This document shows, one piece after another, positions 12,895 to 23,379 of a DNA stretch of 64,000 nucleotides (position 1 is its first letter; each line of letters begins with the position of its first letter). The DNA lies in assembly GCA_017516925.1 (NCBI GenBank), contig JAFXAQ010000043.1:242-64241 (forward strand), read 5' to 3'. The translations under genes were made by a program, and so were the position numbers. The notes beneath the pieces were generated by a model. The model saw only the letters and a program-made list of their open reading frames with translations. It was not told the DNA's origin and searched no databases. The DNA comes from Oscillospiraceae bacterium. GTDB taxonomy: Bacteria; Bacillota; Clostridia; Oscillospirales; Oscillospiraceae.

Positions 12895-13911
12895 TTATAT
12901 CAAAGAAGGTGCCATAATTCTACTATTATTTTTATTTCTATGCAATATCAAGAGAATTGTTAATATTCCGGCAGCCACACAAAAGAGTGAGGTGATTGAT
13001 ACGGTATAAATTTCTGCGCCTGTAAACAGAACTGGCTGCATGATTGCGGATAACAGGAAACTCAAAAAGCCTTGTATCAGTTTTCCCGGGAAATAGTAGC
13101 CTGTTCCTAATTCTTCTGTTATGGAAACGGTCTGCATTGTCACACAAATTCCGCCCAGGCTCAGCATAACGCTACATAAAATGAAACGTAAACCCGGAGA
13201 CGGTACACAGACTAAATCCACTACTCCGTTGGAGAGTTCGGCAATACCGGTAAGCAATACCTGAATTTCTACAGAAAATATCCAGAAAAACCAACGTTTA
13301 CAAAAGCTAATTACCACACGGAAGAGGATTACCCAGCAACAGACATTCGCCATTGTTTTTGTACTTTTTTCAATGTCCTTTAAAAAAGAACCCTCAGCTG
13401 CTTTTACCGGACGACAGACACTCCTTGTACGACCGGGTAATAATATGCCAACAATGATAGCAGATGCGATGTGAATTAACCACAGAGCCCATGGCACACT
13501 CGATTTCGAAAATAAGCTTCCTGCCATACCAAATATAAATGCCGGACCAGCATTATTGCAAAATCCCAGCATTCTTTCTGCGTCAATTTTATCCAAAACA
13601 CCCGCTTTTTCGCATTCCCTGATGTTTTGCGCGCCCACAGGATAGCCACCCAAAAGCCCCAGCAGCAATAACGATTCGGCGCCGATAGGCATACCACACA
13701 ACCGGCTGATTGGCCTTAAAAATGGCAAGGGCATTCCAGAGATGTTTCTGCATAAAAAGCTTGATAACACGAAAAAGGGAAGTAAGGATGGGATAACCGT
13801 CTGCAAGCATAACTGTATTCCTTCTTTTCCGCCGGAAATCGCGGTTTTGCTGTCCAATATCAAAAGAAATAAGCCAAATGCCGCTGAAATTCCAAACGCT
13901 GCTTTTTTCAT
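12895..13911 (-). CDS. ylbJ: sporulation integral membrane protein YlbJ-like
   Basis: VIPSLLPFF, GGYPVGA, FCNNAGPAFI motifs. Confidence 0.8.
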   Translation of the reverse strand: MKKAAFGISAAFGLFLLILDSKTAISGGKEGIQLCLQTVIPSLLPFFVLSSFLCRNISGMPLPFLRPISRLCGMPIGAESLLLLGLLGGYPVGAQNIRECEKAGVLDKIDAERMLGFCNNAGPAFIFGMAGSLFSKSSVPWALWLIHIASAIIVGILLPGRTRSVCRPVKAAEGSFLKDIEKSTKTMANVCCWVILFRVVISFCKRWFFWIFSVEIQVLLTGIAELSNGVVDLVCVPSPGLRFILCSVMLSLGGICVTMQTVSITEELGTGYYFPGKLIQGFLSFLLSAIMQPVLFTGAEIYTVSITSLFCVAAGILTILLILHRNKNNSRIMAPSLI

Positions 13912-13995
13912 AGACACCACCTCAGAAAATATCTATGCACAAATATGAAATTCTTCCCGGAATTTTCATAGGCTTACAAAAAGGAGTGGTGTATA

Positions 13996-14271
13996 TTGGA
14001 TAGAAAAAATATACTTGACCGATTGATGATGAGTGCAGATTTGCCGGGAGAGGCAACGCCCGGTATGCCCCTTGTTGAGATTATGGGAGAACATCGGGTT
14101 TTGATAGAAAATCACAAAGGTGTTTCCGGTTACGGAAAGACTGAAATTTGCGTAAAAGTAAAATTTGGGGTAGTGAAGGTTACGGGGTGTAGACTGGCTT
14201 TAGCAAGAATGTCCGGCAATCAGCTTGTCATCACAGGACATATTGACGGTGTTAACTTGTGCAGGAGGTAG
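13996..14271 (+). CDS. yqfC: YabP/YqfC family sporulation protein
   Basis: IENHKGV motif; upstream of yqfD; AAGGAG RBS with TTG start. Confidence 0.85.
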   Translation: MDRKNILDRLMMSADLPGEATPGMPLVEIMGEHRVLIENHKGVSGYGKTEICVKVKFGVVKVTGCRLALARMSGNQLVITGHIDGVNLCRR

Positions 14272-14272
14272 T

Positions 14273-15454
14273 ATGGCGTTTTGGAAATCTCTGGTTGGAC
14301 AGTACTGTGTGGAGCTTGTCAGTAGTGACATCGGACAAATGCTGTCGGCAATCAATTCTGAAGGCATTGTTCTTCAGCAAGTACAATTTGTGGATGAGTT
14401 GCATTTGCGCACCACAATTTCCAGAACCCAGTTTCCCGGTTTGAAGCAGATAATTACAAAAAGGGGAGAGGAACTGAATATACAGAAACGAAAAGGCATT
14501 TTTTGGAAGCTATGCAGCCTTAAGAAAAGACCTGTGTTGGTTTTAGGGCTACTATTTGTTTTAATGCTTTGCTTGCTAATTCCTTCGAGAATTCTGTTTG
14601 TAGAGGTTTCTGGAAACAGCAAAATTCCAGGAAATTATATTATTGAGACAGCAAAAAAATGTGGGCTTGATATCTTCGCTTCCAGAAGGGAGGTGCGAAG
14701 TGAAAAAATCAAGAATACCCTGTTGTCTGAAATACCACAATTACAGTGGGTGGGAGTGAATACAAGTGGCTGTATTGCCCGCATTTCGGTGCGTGAGCGT
14801 GAAGAGCAACCCCAAAATGAAGCATATCCGTTGGCGAGCAGCGTGATTGCAGAAAGGGATGGCATCATACAGGAAATCACGGTCCTGTCAGGAACTCCTC
14901 TTTGTAAGGTTGGACAAGGTGTAAAAGCAGGGGATGTTTTGGTTTCCGGTTACACGGATTGCGGACTTGTTATTAAGCTTCAGCAGGCTGACGCAGAGGT
15001 TTTTGCATACACATTTCGTGATGTGGAGGCGGTTACGCCCGGGAAAATCCTGAAAAGAACGGCTGAACAGTCTAAAAAAAGAAAAATAATGCTGCGAATC
15101 GGAAAAAATATTATAAATTTATGGAAAGATAGTGGAATTTCGGATACAAGATGTGTTAAAATGTATTCGGAAGAACATTTAACTTTGCCGGGTGGGTTTC
15201 AGCTGCCTGTTGCGCTGATAACGGAATACAGTTTAGACTATCTTCTTTCGGAGGAAGAGATTGAACCGCCGGATTGGTTAGGCGCATCAACGGAAGAATA
15301 TCTGCAGAGCTGTATGATTGCCGGTAAGATTTTTCAAAAGAACAGTGTTATTACCGATGAAGATAGCCTTTGCGTATTGCGCGGAAGGTATGTGTGTCTG
15401 GAAATGATCGGTCAGAAACGATACGAGGAGAATTTAATACAAAATGGAACTTGA
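14273..15454 (+). CDS. yqfD: sporulation protein YqfD (SpoIV)
   Basis: TM segment, WVGVN, GDVLVSG; canonical position before phoH. Confidence 0.88.
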   Translation: MAFWKSLVGQYCVELVSSDIGQMLSAINSEGIVLQQVQFVDELHLRTTISRTQFPGLKQIITKRGEELNIQKRKGIFWKLCSLKKRPVLVLGLLFVLMLCLLIPSRILFVEVSGNSKIPGNYIIETAKKCGLDIFASRREVRSEKIKNTLLSEIPQLQWVGVNTSGCIARISVREREEQPQNEAYPLASSVIAERDGIIQEITVLSGTPLCKVGQGVKAGDVLVSGYTDCGLVIKLQQADAEVFAYTFRDVEAVTPGKILKRTAEQSKKRKIMLRIGKNIINLWKDSGISDTRCVKMYSEEHLTLPGGFQLPVALITEYSLDYLLSEEEIEPPDWLGASTEEYLQSCMIAGKIFQKNSVITDEDSLCVLRGRYVCLEMIGQKRYEENLIQNGT

Positions 15455-16466
15455 ACGAATTGTCAGCGTTGACCGAGTTGAAGATTTGATATCAGTCTTC
15501 GGCTCCTTCGATGAAAATATAAAACGAATTGAAGAAGCGCTATCTGTTAGTATCATTAACAGAGGTAATGAGTTGAAGGTAACCGGGGAACCGGAGGATG
15601 TGGATAAAGCTGCCCGTGCGTTGGATGGTCTGCTGGCTTTGGCATCCAAGGGTGAAACCATCGACGAGCAGCGTGTTCGGTATTTGATTACTCTGGTTAA
15701 AGAGGGCAACGACGCACAGGTTGCCCAGATGGCTAAGGATGTTGTTTGTATTACAGCCAAAGGTAAGCCTATAAAGGCGAAAACCGTCGGTCAGCAAAAC
15801 TATATGAAAGCCATTATGAAAAATACGGTGACTATTGGAGTCGGTCCTGCCGGCACAGGTAAAACTTATCTTGCTGTTGCTGCAGCGGTAGCTGCTTTCC
15901 GTGAGCGAATTGTTAACCGAATCATTTTGACACGTCCTGCGGTGGAGGCTGGCGAGCGTTTGGGTTTTTTACCCGGTGACCTGCAGAATAAGGTTGACCC
16001 CTATTTAAGACCACTGTACGATGCTCTTTATGATATGCTTGGGGCGGAAACCTTTCAAAAATACCAGGAGCGTGGCTCCATTGAGGTTGCACCTCTGGCT
16101 TATATGCGTGGACGGACGCTGGATGATAGCTTTATTATTTTGGATGAGGCTCAAAACACGACAAAAGAGCAGATGAAAATGTTCCTGACAAGACTGGGCT
16201 TTGGTTCTAAAATTGTTATTACCGGTGATGTTACGCAAATTGATTTGCCGTCAGATAAAACCTCCGGTTTAAAGGATGCTATCAGCGTACTGGAAAATGT
16301 AAAGGATATTTCGATTTGCAGATTAACTTCTGCGGATGTTGTTCGCCATGCGTTGGTGCAGGAGATTATCAACGCCTATGAAAAAGCGGAGAAAAAGCGT
16401 GAAATAAAAAAGCCGGATGGTAAACCCATTCGTTACCAAAGGAAGCGTGAAAATGGCAAGAACTAA
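15444..16466 (+). CDS. phoH: PhoH family ATPase
   Basis: GPAGTGKT, RPAVEAGERLGFLPG, DEAQN. Confidence 0.95.
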   Translation: MELERIVSVDRVEDLISVFGSFDENIKRIEEALSVSIINRGNELKVTGEPEDVDKAARALDGLLALASKGETIDEQRVRYLITLVKEGNDAQVAQMAKDVVCITAKGKPIKAKTVGQQNYMKAIMKNTVTIGVGPAGTGKTYLAVAAAVAAFRERIVNRIILTRPAVEAGERLGFLPGDLQNKVDPYLRPLYDALYDMLGAETFQKYQERGSIEVAPLAYMRGRTLDDSFIILDEAQNTTKEQMKMFLTRLGFGSKIVITGDVTQIDLPSDKTSGLKDAISVLENVKDISICRLTSADVVRHALVQEIINAYEKAEKKREIKKPDGKPIRYQRKRENGKN

Positions 16467-16953
16467 AATCAATTTGACTTTTGATTTCTTTAGCTTACAA
16501 AAATATGCGGTCAGTTCTGCAATCCGTGAATGCATCCGCGAGACACTGGCTGCGCAAAAAGTGGAGGTTCCCTGCGAAATCAATGTGCTGGTAACCAACG
16601 ATAACGGCATCCGGTCAATCAATCAAGCAAGCCGAAAACTGGATAATGCCACAGATGTCCTGAGCTTTCCTATGTTTTCCTTTACTGCCGGAGTGCTGCC
16701 GGAGGATTGGAGCGAATATCTGGACCCGGAAACAGAGCTGTGTCCCTTGGGTGATATGGTGATATCCCTGGAGCGTGCGGTAGCGCAGGCTAAGGAATTT
16801 GGGCACAGCCTGCGCCGGGAGGTTGGCTACCTGACGATTCATTCCATGCTGCACTTATTGGGTTATGACCATTTGGATGAGGGACCGCAGAAAGCGCAAA
16901 TGCGTGAGAGGGAAGAGGCGATTGCTTCACGAATTTCCCGTATGTCCCGTTAA
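16453..16953 (+). CDS. ybeY: rRNA maturation endoribonuclease YbeY
   Basis: TDVLSFP and HSMLHLLGYDH motifs. Confidence 0.95.
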   Translation: MARTKINLTFDFFSLQKYAVSSAIRECIRETLAAQKVEVPCEINVLVTNDNGIRSINQASRKLDNATDVLSFPMFSFTAGVLPEDWSEYLDPETELCPLGDMVISLERAVAQAKEFGHSLRREVGYLTIHSMLHLLGYDHLDEGPQKAQMREREEAIASRISRMSR

Positions 16954-16976
16954 TTTACTTACAAAAGGAGAGAACC

Positions 16977-17864
16977 ATGGCTACGAAAACTGCTATGATA
17001 ACCATTGCCGGCCGGCCCAATGTGGGGAAATCCACATTGACTAATTATCTGGTTGGTGAAAAAATTGCAATTGTTTCCAATAAACCCCAGACTACCCGTA
17101 ACCGGATTTGCGGCATCGCCACAAAAGGTGATACCCAATTTGTTTTTGTGGACACACCGGGCTTCCATAAGCCCAGAACCAAGCTTGGTGACTATATGGT
17201 GAACGTCACAAGGAATTCCATCGCAGATGTGGATTTGACTGTTCTTGTGGTTGAACCCATTGCATCGATCGGTCCTCAGGAGGAGGGCTTGATTGCGCAA
17301 CTGCAAAGCAATAAATGTCCTGCGATACTGGCAATCAATAAAATTGATACAGTTGAAAAAGATACGCTGCTGGAAGTTATTGCAGTGTATTCTCAGGCAG
17401 CGGATTTTGACGCAATTATTCCTATTTCTGCAAAAACCGGTGACGGTGTTGCGCAGCTGCTGCAGCAGTGTGAGAAGTATGCCATTGAAAGTCCTTTCTT
17501 GTTTCCGGAGGATTCCACTACGGACCAGCCGGAACGGCAGGTGATGGCGGAGATTATCCGTGAGAAACTTTTATGGTGCCTGGACAGAGAAATTCCCCAC
17601 GGAACCGCTGTTGAAATTACAAAATTTTCAGAACGTGATAATGGCATTATCGATATTGATGCCACAATTTATTGTGAAAAAGCCAGCCACAAAGGAATCA
17701 TCATTGGCAAAGGTGGCGAAATGCTGAAGAAAATATCTTCTATGGCCCGGACAGATTGTGAGAAGTTTATGGGCACACGTGTGTTTTTGACTACCTGGGT
17801 AAAGTACAAGGATAATTGGCGAGATAACGATTTTTTGGTCCGTAATTTCGGTTACAGAGAATAA
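16977..17864 (+). CDS. era: GTPase Era
   Basis: GRPNVGKST, KPQTTR, DTPG, NKID, KH domain. Confidence 0.97.
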   Translation: MATKTAMITIAGRPNVGKSTLTNYLVGEKIAIVSNKPQTTRNRICGIATKGDTQFVFVDTPGFHKPRTKLGDYMVNVTRNSIADVDLTVLVVEPIASIGPQEEGLIAQLQSNKCPAILAINKIDTVEKDTLLEVIAVYSQAADFDAIIPISAKTGDGVAQLLQQCEKYAIESPFLFPEDSTTDQPERQVMAEIIREKLLWCLDREIPHGTAVEITKFSERDNGIIDIDATIYCEKASHKGIIIGKGGEMLKKISSMARTDCEKFMGTRVFLTTWVKYKDNWRDNDFLVRNFGYRE

Positions 17865-17918
17865 TTACCAGGACTAGCATTCGTGCATCCCGGAAATCCT
17901 GTATTTGGAGGGATGAGA

Positions 17919-18059
17919 ATGAATGCGCAAAGCTTCTGGAACGTGTTCCTGGAAACCGGTGCTCCGGAAATGTATTTACTATATTCACGGGCAAAAAAAT
18001 TGGAGGAAACCTATGTATCTGACTATCCGGGGGCTGGTGCTCCGGGTTGTGAATTATAA
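17919..18059 (+). CDS. YqzL-family small protein (not in ORF track)
   Basis: MNAQSFWNVFLETGAPEMYLLY...; GGAGG RBS; canonical era-yqzL-recO position. Confidence 0.75.
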   Translation: MNAQSFWNVFLETGAPEMYLLYSRAKKLEETYVSDYPGAGAPGCEL

Positions 18060-18771
18060 TGACACGGACGCTCTGCTAACCGTTTTAACCCATTCCAATG
18101 GTAAGTTAACAATCAAAGCAAGAGGACTGCGAAGAAAAAACAGTCCTCTTGCCGCACCCTGCCAGCTGTTGGCATACAATGAGTTTGTGCTTTTTGAGAA
18201 TAAGGGCTTTTATACCATCAATGAGGCACGCTGTATTGAACTGTTCTCCGAGCTGCAGCGTGACATCTGCAAGCTTTCTCTTGGTACATATTTTGTGCAG
18301 GTAGCTGAGGTGCTGTCTCAGGAGGATATGCCCAACCCGGAACTGCTTTCGTTGCTGCTTAATTGCCTGTATGCGGTTGCAAAGCTGGGTGTTCTGGAGA
18401 AGAAGGTTAAGGCTGTCTTTGAACTTCGAAGCGCTTGCATTGCAGGTTTTGCACCGGACCTGTCCGGATGCCGTGCTTGCGGCAAGGCTTCTGCTGATTA
18501 TTTTGATATTTCGTGCGGTCAACTGGAGTGCTCAGCTTGCAGAAATTATGCTGAGGGTGGCATTCGAATGCCGATCAATCCCGGAGCGCTGCAGGCTATG
18601 CATTATGTTTGTAGCTGTGACAGTAAAAAGTTATTCCTGTTTCAGATTGGGGAGGATTCTCTTGATTTGCTGTCGAATATTGCGGAAAGCTATCTTGTAT
18701 CCCAATTGGAACGTGGCTTTCCCACACTGGACTTTTACAAAACTTTAATCCTTGGAGATAATTATGTCTGA
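18013..18771 (+). CDS. recO: DNA repair protein RecO
   Basis: OB-fold N-terminus, ARGLRRK, CxxC...CxxC; follows era. Confidence 0.93.
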   Translation: MYLTIRGLVLRVVNYNDTDALLTVLTHSNGKLTIKARGLRRKNSPLAAPCQLLAYNEFVLFENKGFYTINEARCIELFSELQRDICKLSLGTYFVQVAEVLSQEDMPNPELLSLLLNCLYAVAKLGVLEKKVKAVFELRSACIAGFAPDLSGCRACGKASADYFDISCGQLECSACRNYAEGGIRMPINPGALQAMHYVCSCDSKKLFLFQIGEDSLDLLSNIAESYLVSQLERGFPTLDFYKTLILGDNYV

Positions 18772-21142
18772 ATTATACGAGCGCTCCATCATAAAATTGG
18801 AGCTTGATCTGATTCTTTCCCAGCTGGCTGACTGTGCAGACAGTGCCTTGGGCAAGGCTGCCTGCAGATGTATAACGCCGGTGTCTGATCTGGATGATGT
18901 ACGTGCGTTGCTGACTGAAACAACGGTTGCCTCCGGTATGTCGGTAGTGAAGGGTTACCCCGGCTTTTCAGGAGTGTGTGACGTTGCTGCTTCCTTGGAG
19001 CGTGCTGACCTGGGTGGCTGCTTGCAGCCCAGAGAGCTTCTGGAAATTGCGGGTGTTTTGCGCTCTGCGCGGCGAGTAAAGGATTATCGGAGCGAGGAAG
19101 ATAATAAAACTGTTTTGGATTCCCTGTTTTCTGCTTTGTTTACCAACAAATTTCTGGAAGAGCGTATCGAAAAGTCTATTCTCTCCGAGGAGGAAATAGC
19201 GGACACGGCAAGTACAGAGCTTGCAGAGATTCGACGTCATATGCGTGTTCAAAGCGCAAAAATTCGTGACAGTCTGCAGAAAATCATATCCTCTGCCACT
19301 TATTCCAAATTTCTCAGGGAACCCATCATTACCATACGTCAGGGACGTTATGTGGTTCCGGTAAAGTCTGAATGCAAAAATGATGTACCGGGACTTGTCC
19401 ATGATGTTTCTGCAACCGGGTCTACCTACTTTGTGGAGCCGATGTCTGCGGTCAGCGCAAATAATGCCCTGAAAGAGCTGGAACTCCGGGAAAAGAAGGA
19501 GATTGAACGGATTTTAGCGGAGCTTTCCTCTCAGGCTGCCGGATATAAGGACGAGATTTTGGATTCTGTCGCAATGCTGGTGCGTTTGGACGTGATTTTT
19601 GCCAAAGCAAAGCTTGCTTTTCGTATGAAGGCGTGCGAGCCTGAAATGAATTGCGACGGCACGGTGGTTCTCAAGGATGCGAGACATCCTTTGATTGATG
19701 CCAGAACAGTTGTTCCGGTTTCCCTGCATTTGGGCAGAGAATTTGACACGATGATAATTACCGGACCCAACACCGGCGGTAAAACCGTCACCCTGAAAAC
19801 CATTGGATTGCTTACATTGATGGCGGAGTGCGGGTTACACATTCCAGCCGGTGACGGCAGTGTGCTTTCAACTTTTGATACCATTTTAGCAGATATTGGT
19901 GATGAGCAGTCGATTGCGCAAAGCATCTCTACATTTTCAAGCCATATGCGCACCATTGTTGATATTGTGAATCAGTGTGACAGCAGAACGCTTGTCTTAT
20001 TTGATGAGCTCGGCGCAGGAACGGACCCTGCCGAGGGCGCTGCGCTGGCAATTGCGCTTATTGAGTTTTGCCGTAAGGTGGGGTGTCGGGTTGTTGCTAC
20101 AACGCACTATGCAGAGATGAAGCTCTATGCAATGCGAACCGATGGTGTCATAAATGCCTCGTGCGAGTTTAATGTGGAAACCCTGCAACCAACCTATAAG
20201 CTGCTGATTGGTGTTCCTGGAAAATCCAATGCGTTTGCTATTTCCAAGAAGCTTGGTCTGCCTGAGGATATTCTTAAAGAAGCGGCTGATTTGGTAGGGC
20301 AGAGCGATAAGGATTTTGAGGATGTGTTGTCACAATTGGAGCAGCAGCGTCAGCAAATGGAAAAGGCCAAGCTGGAAGCGGAGCGTCTGCGGGCTGAAAC
20401 AGAAAACATCAGGCAAAAAAGCGAAAAATTCAGCAATCAAATTGCTGCAGAAAAAGAAAAAGCCTTGGAACAAGCCCGTTTGCAAGCACAGAGAATCATT
20501 GAGGATGCCAGAATTGTTGCCAACGCTGCTACAGAAGAAATTAAGGCTATTAAGAGGCAGCTTTCCGAACAGGCGGATACCCAAGGCATCAATCAACGTC
20601 AAGCGGATTTGCGCCGGAGCCTGAATGAGGCGGAAGGAAAGCTTCTCGCAGCACGGAAGGAGCAGACACGTAAGGCACCCTCCAGAGCTGTGCTGGTAGG
20701 GGATACGGTGGAACTTTTGAAGCTTGGTACCAAGGCAAGCGTGATAGGTATAAATAAGGACGGAACTTACCAGTTGCAAGCCGGTGTTTTAAAGCTTACA
20801 GCCAAGCCTGACGAGGTATATCTCCTGGAAAACGAGAATCCCTATGTGCAGAAAGGCGCACGACCCGCACATTCCGGCAGACAAATGAAGATGACCGCTA
20901 TGGCCAACGAAGTAGATTTGCGCGGTATGGACAGCGTGGAGGCCGTCTGCGTTATGGAACGTTATCTGGATGAGGCTATGCGTGGAAACCTTCCCTCTGT
21001 CCGCATTATTCATGGTAAAGGTACAGGCGTATTGCGTAGTGCTGTCCACCAAGCTTTGCGAAAAAGCAAGTACATCAAGAGTTATCGGCTTGGTGTTTAC
21101 GGTGAAGGTGAAGATGGTGTTACAATTGTCGAATTCAAATAA
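18764..21142 (+). CDS. mutS2: endonuclease MutS2
   Basis: TGPNTGGKT, DIGDEQSI, DELGAGTDP, C-terminal Smr IIHGKGTG. Confidence 0.96.
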   Translation: MSELYERSIIKLELDLILSQLADCADSALGKAACRCITPVSDLDDVRALLTETTVASGMSVVKGYPGFSGVCDVAASLERADLGGCLQPRELLEIAGVLRSARRVKDYRSEEDNKTVLDSLFSALFTNKFLEERIEKSILSEEEIADTASTELAEIRRHMRVQSAKIRDSLQKIISSATYSKFLREPIITIRQGRYVVPVKSECKNDVPGLVHDVSATGSTYFVEPMSAVSANNALKELELREKKEIERILAELSSQAAGYKDEILDSVAMLVRLDVIFAKAKLAFRMKACEPEMNCDGTVVLKDARHPLIDARTVVPVSLHLGREFDTMIITGPNTGGKTVTLKTIGLLTLMAECGLHIPAGDGSVLSTFDTILADIGDEQSIAQSISTFSSHMRTIVDIVNQCDSRTLVLFDELGAGTDPAEGAALAIALIEFCRKVGCRVVATTHYAEMKLYAMRTDGVINASCEFNVETLQPTYKLLIGVPGKSNAFAISKKLGLPEDILKEAADLVGQSDKDFEDVLSQLEQQRQQMEKAKLEAERLRAETENIRQKSEKFSNQIAAEKEKALEQARLQAQRIIEDARIVANAATEEIKAIKRQLSEQADTQGINQRQADLRRSLNEAEGKLLAARKEQTRKAPSRAVLVGDTVELLKLGTKASVIGINKDGTYQLQAGVLKLTAKPDEVYLLENENPYVQKGARPAHSGRQMKMTAMANEVDLRGMDSVEAVCVMERYLDEAMRGNLPSVRIIHGKGTGVLRSAVHQALRKSKYIKSYRLGVYGEGEDGVTIVEFK

Positions 21143-21226
21143 TAGATGTTGACATTTTCGCTGGATTTGTTATCATATATCTGTAATAAGCACAGTTCCT
21201 TGTGCGTATAATGAGGAGTGTTTGGG

Positions 21227-21487
21227 ATGGTTACAAAGGAGATCGTTGTTCGCTGTGAATCCGGACTACATAATAAGCAGGCTACCTATTTTGTGCAGAA
21301 GGCAAACGAGTTTGATTGCGGTATCTGGTTAAGTATTGGCAACCGCAAGATGAATGCCAAAAGCTTGCTGGGCATTATGTCCCTGGGCGTAGTTACCGGT
21401 GCTACGGTTGAATTGACCGCTGAAGGAACCGGTGAGGAAGATGCACTCGCTGCAATGGAAGAGCTTCTTTTGCGTGACGTGTTTTAA
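21227..21487 (+). CDS. HPr family phosphocarrier protein
   Basis: GLH (His15) and NAKSLLG (Ser46) motifs. Confidence 0.9.
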   Translation: MVTKEIVVRCESGLHNKQATYFVQKANEFDCGIWLSIGNRKMNAKSLLGIMSLGVVTGATVELTAEGTGEEDALAAMEELLLRDVF

Positions 21488-21552
21488 TCGTTATTTAATT
21501 TCCGCCTCAGTGCCTTTCTTTTTGCATTGAGGCGTTCTTTTTTGGAGTGCGT

Positions 21553-23379
21553 ATGCAGGAGCTTAAGCAAATTGCAGCGAAATTACCGCTGTCTCCCGGC
21601 GTCTATATTATGAAGGATGCTACGGATACGGTAATCTATGTTGGAAAAGCAAAAAAATTAAGAAACAGAGTCAGTCAGTATTTTCAGGATACTGCCTCTC
21701 ATTCGCTGAAAACACGCCATATGGTTCAGCGCATTCATCATTTTGAGGTTATTGTTGCGGATTCTGAATTTGAAGCATTGGTGCTCGAATGCTCGCTGAT
21801 TAAGCAATATATGCCCAGATATAACATCCTTTTAAAGGATGATAAAGGATACCCGTATATACGGCTAAATATGAAGGATAAATATCCCAGCATAACTATG
21901 GTGAATAAGGTTACTGATGATGGTGCGGAGTATTTTGGCCCTTTTGGAAGCCGTGGTGTTACCGCAGATATTTTGCAAGCTATTCAACTGGCCCTGAAGC
22001 TTCCGAGTTGCTCCAGAAAATTCCCCAACGATACAGGAAAGGGGAGGGCTTGCCTTCACTACCATATGAGCCAATGCACCGGATGGTGTCGGGGCGATAA
22101 AACACAGGAAGAATACAGATTGCGTATGGAACAGGCTAGACAGCTGCTTATGGGTAACTATAAAGCGGTTGCATCCGCTGTTCGCAGAGAAATGCTGGAT
22201 GCCTCTGAGGCGCTGAACTTTGAGCTTGCAGCAGCCTTGCGTGATCGCCTGCAAGCTGTAGAAGCTCTGGGCAGAAAGCAAGTAGTAACAGCTGGAGCGC
22301 ATGCGGATATGGATGTCATTGGCTATTATCAGACGGAAACGAAGGCTTGCTTTTCTATTCTTCATTTTTCCGGCGGTAATTTGGTTGATAAGGAATATGA
22401 AATCCTTTCTGCACAAGAGAATACAGAACAAGCTATTTCAGCTTTGGTTAAACAGTATTATTTGCTTCGGAAATTTGCTCCCAAGTACATTCTCCTTCCC
22501 TTTGGTATGGAGGACGGTCACTTGTTTGAATTGTTACTGCAGCAGCAATTTTCTATAAAAACCTTGATTCGTGTCCCACAAAAAGGCGAGAAGCTGCGAT
22601 TGGTTGAGATGGCCGCCAACAATGCCAGAGAGGAAGCGGAACGGGTTACCGGATTGGAAGAGAGAAGAAATGCCGTACTTTCTCTGTTTGGTGATTTAAT
22701 TGGCATTTCAACGCCAAACCGGATTGAGTCCTTTGATATTTCGAACATAGCCGGGACAGATATTGTGGCCAGTATGGTTGTATTTCTGGATGGAAAACCA
22801 CGCCGCAGTGAATACAAGCGCTTTAAACTGAAGGATATGCAGGGTCAGGATGATTACGCTGCGATGCGTCAGGTACTCACCCGCCGTTTTACCCATTTCA
22901 AGCAAGGAGATGAGGGCTTTTGCCTGGCGCCGGATGTGCTGCTGATTGATGGCGGCGTTACCCACGCTATGACGGCGCGCAGCGTTTTGGAAACCCTTGG
23001 TATACAACTTCCGGTATTTGGAGTGGTCAAAGACGACAGACATCGCACCCGAGCTCTGGTCACGCCACAGGGGCAGGAGATTGCCATAGATGGTAATCAG
23101 TCAGTCTTTGCCTTCGTTGGTAATATTCAGGAAGAAACCCATCGCTTTGCTGTCGGCTATCATCGCAAGCTTCGCAGTAAGCGTTTGCGCTATTCTGAGT
23201 TGGATAGCATACCTGGAATCGGTCAAAAGAGAAAAGAGATTCTTCTTAAAGCATTTCATTCTGTAAGTGCAATTCGGGAGGCTGAGCTTTTACACCTACA
23301 GCAATTTTTACCAAAGGATGCTGCATATGCTGTTTATCAGCATTTTCACAACGACAAAATCCGGGAGGATGAACAATGA
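21553..23379 (+). CDS. uvrC: excinuclease ABC subunit C
   Basis: GIY-YIG (PGVY..YVGKAK), RIESFDIS, IDGG, HhH. Confidence 0.97.
   Translation: MQELKQIAAKLPLSPGVYIMKDATDTVIYVGKAKKLRNRVSQYFQDTASHSLKTRHMVQRIHHFEVIVADSEFEALVLECSLIKQYMPRYNILLKDDKGYPYIRLNMKDKYPSITMVNKVTDDGAEYFGPFGSRGVTADILQAIQLALKLPSCSRKFPNDTGKGRACLHYHMSQCTGWCRGDKTQEEYRLRMEQARQLLMGNYKAVASAVRREMLDASEALNFELAAALRDRLQAVEALGRKQVVTAGAHADMDVIGYYQTETKACFSILHFSGGNLVDKEYEILSAQENTEQAISALVKQYYLLRKFAPKYILLPFGMEDGHLFELLLQQQFSIKTLIRVPQKGEKLRLVEMAANNAREEAERVTGLEERRNAVLSLFGDLIGISTPNRIESFDISNIAGTDIVASMVVFLDGKPRRSEYKRFKLKDMQGQDDYAAMRQVLTRRFTHFKQGDEGFCLAPDVLLIDGGVTHAMTARSVLETLGIQLPVFGVVKDDRHRTRALVTPQGQEIAIDGNQSVFAFVGNIQEETHRFAVGYHRKLRSKRLRYSELDSIPGIGQKRKEILLKAFHSVSAIREAELLHLQQFLPKDAAYAVYQHFHNDKIREDEQ

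Noticed and set aside
12608-13009. 133-aa plus-strand ORF after ligA
   Set aside because: Antisense to the better supported Cys-rich ORF and the ylbJ 3' end; no RBS.
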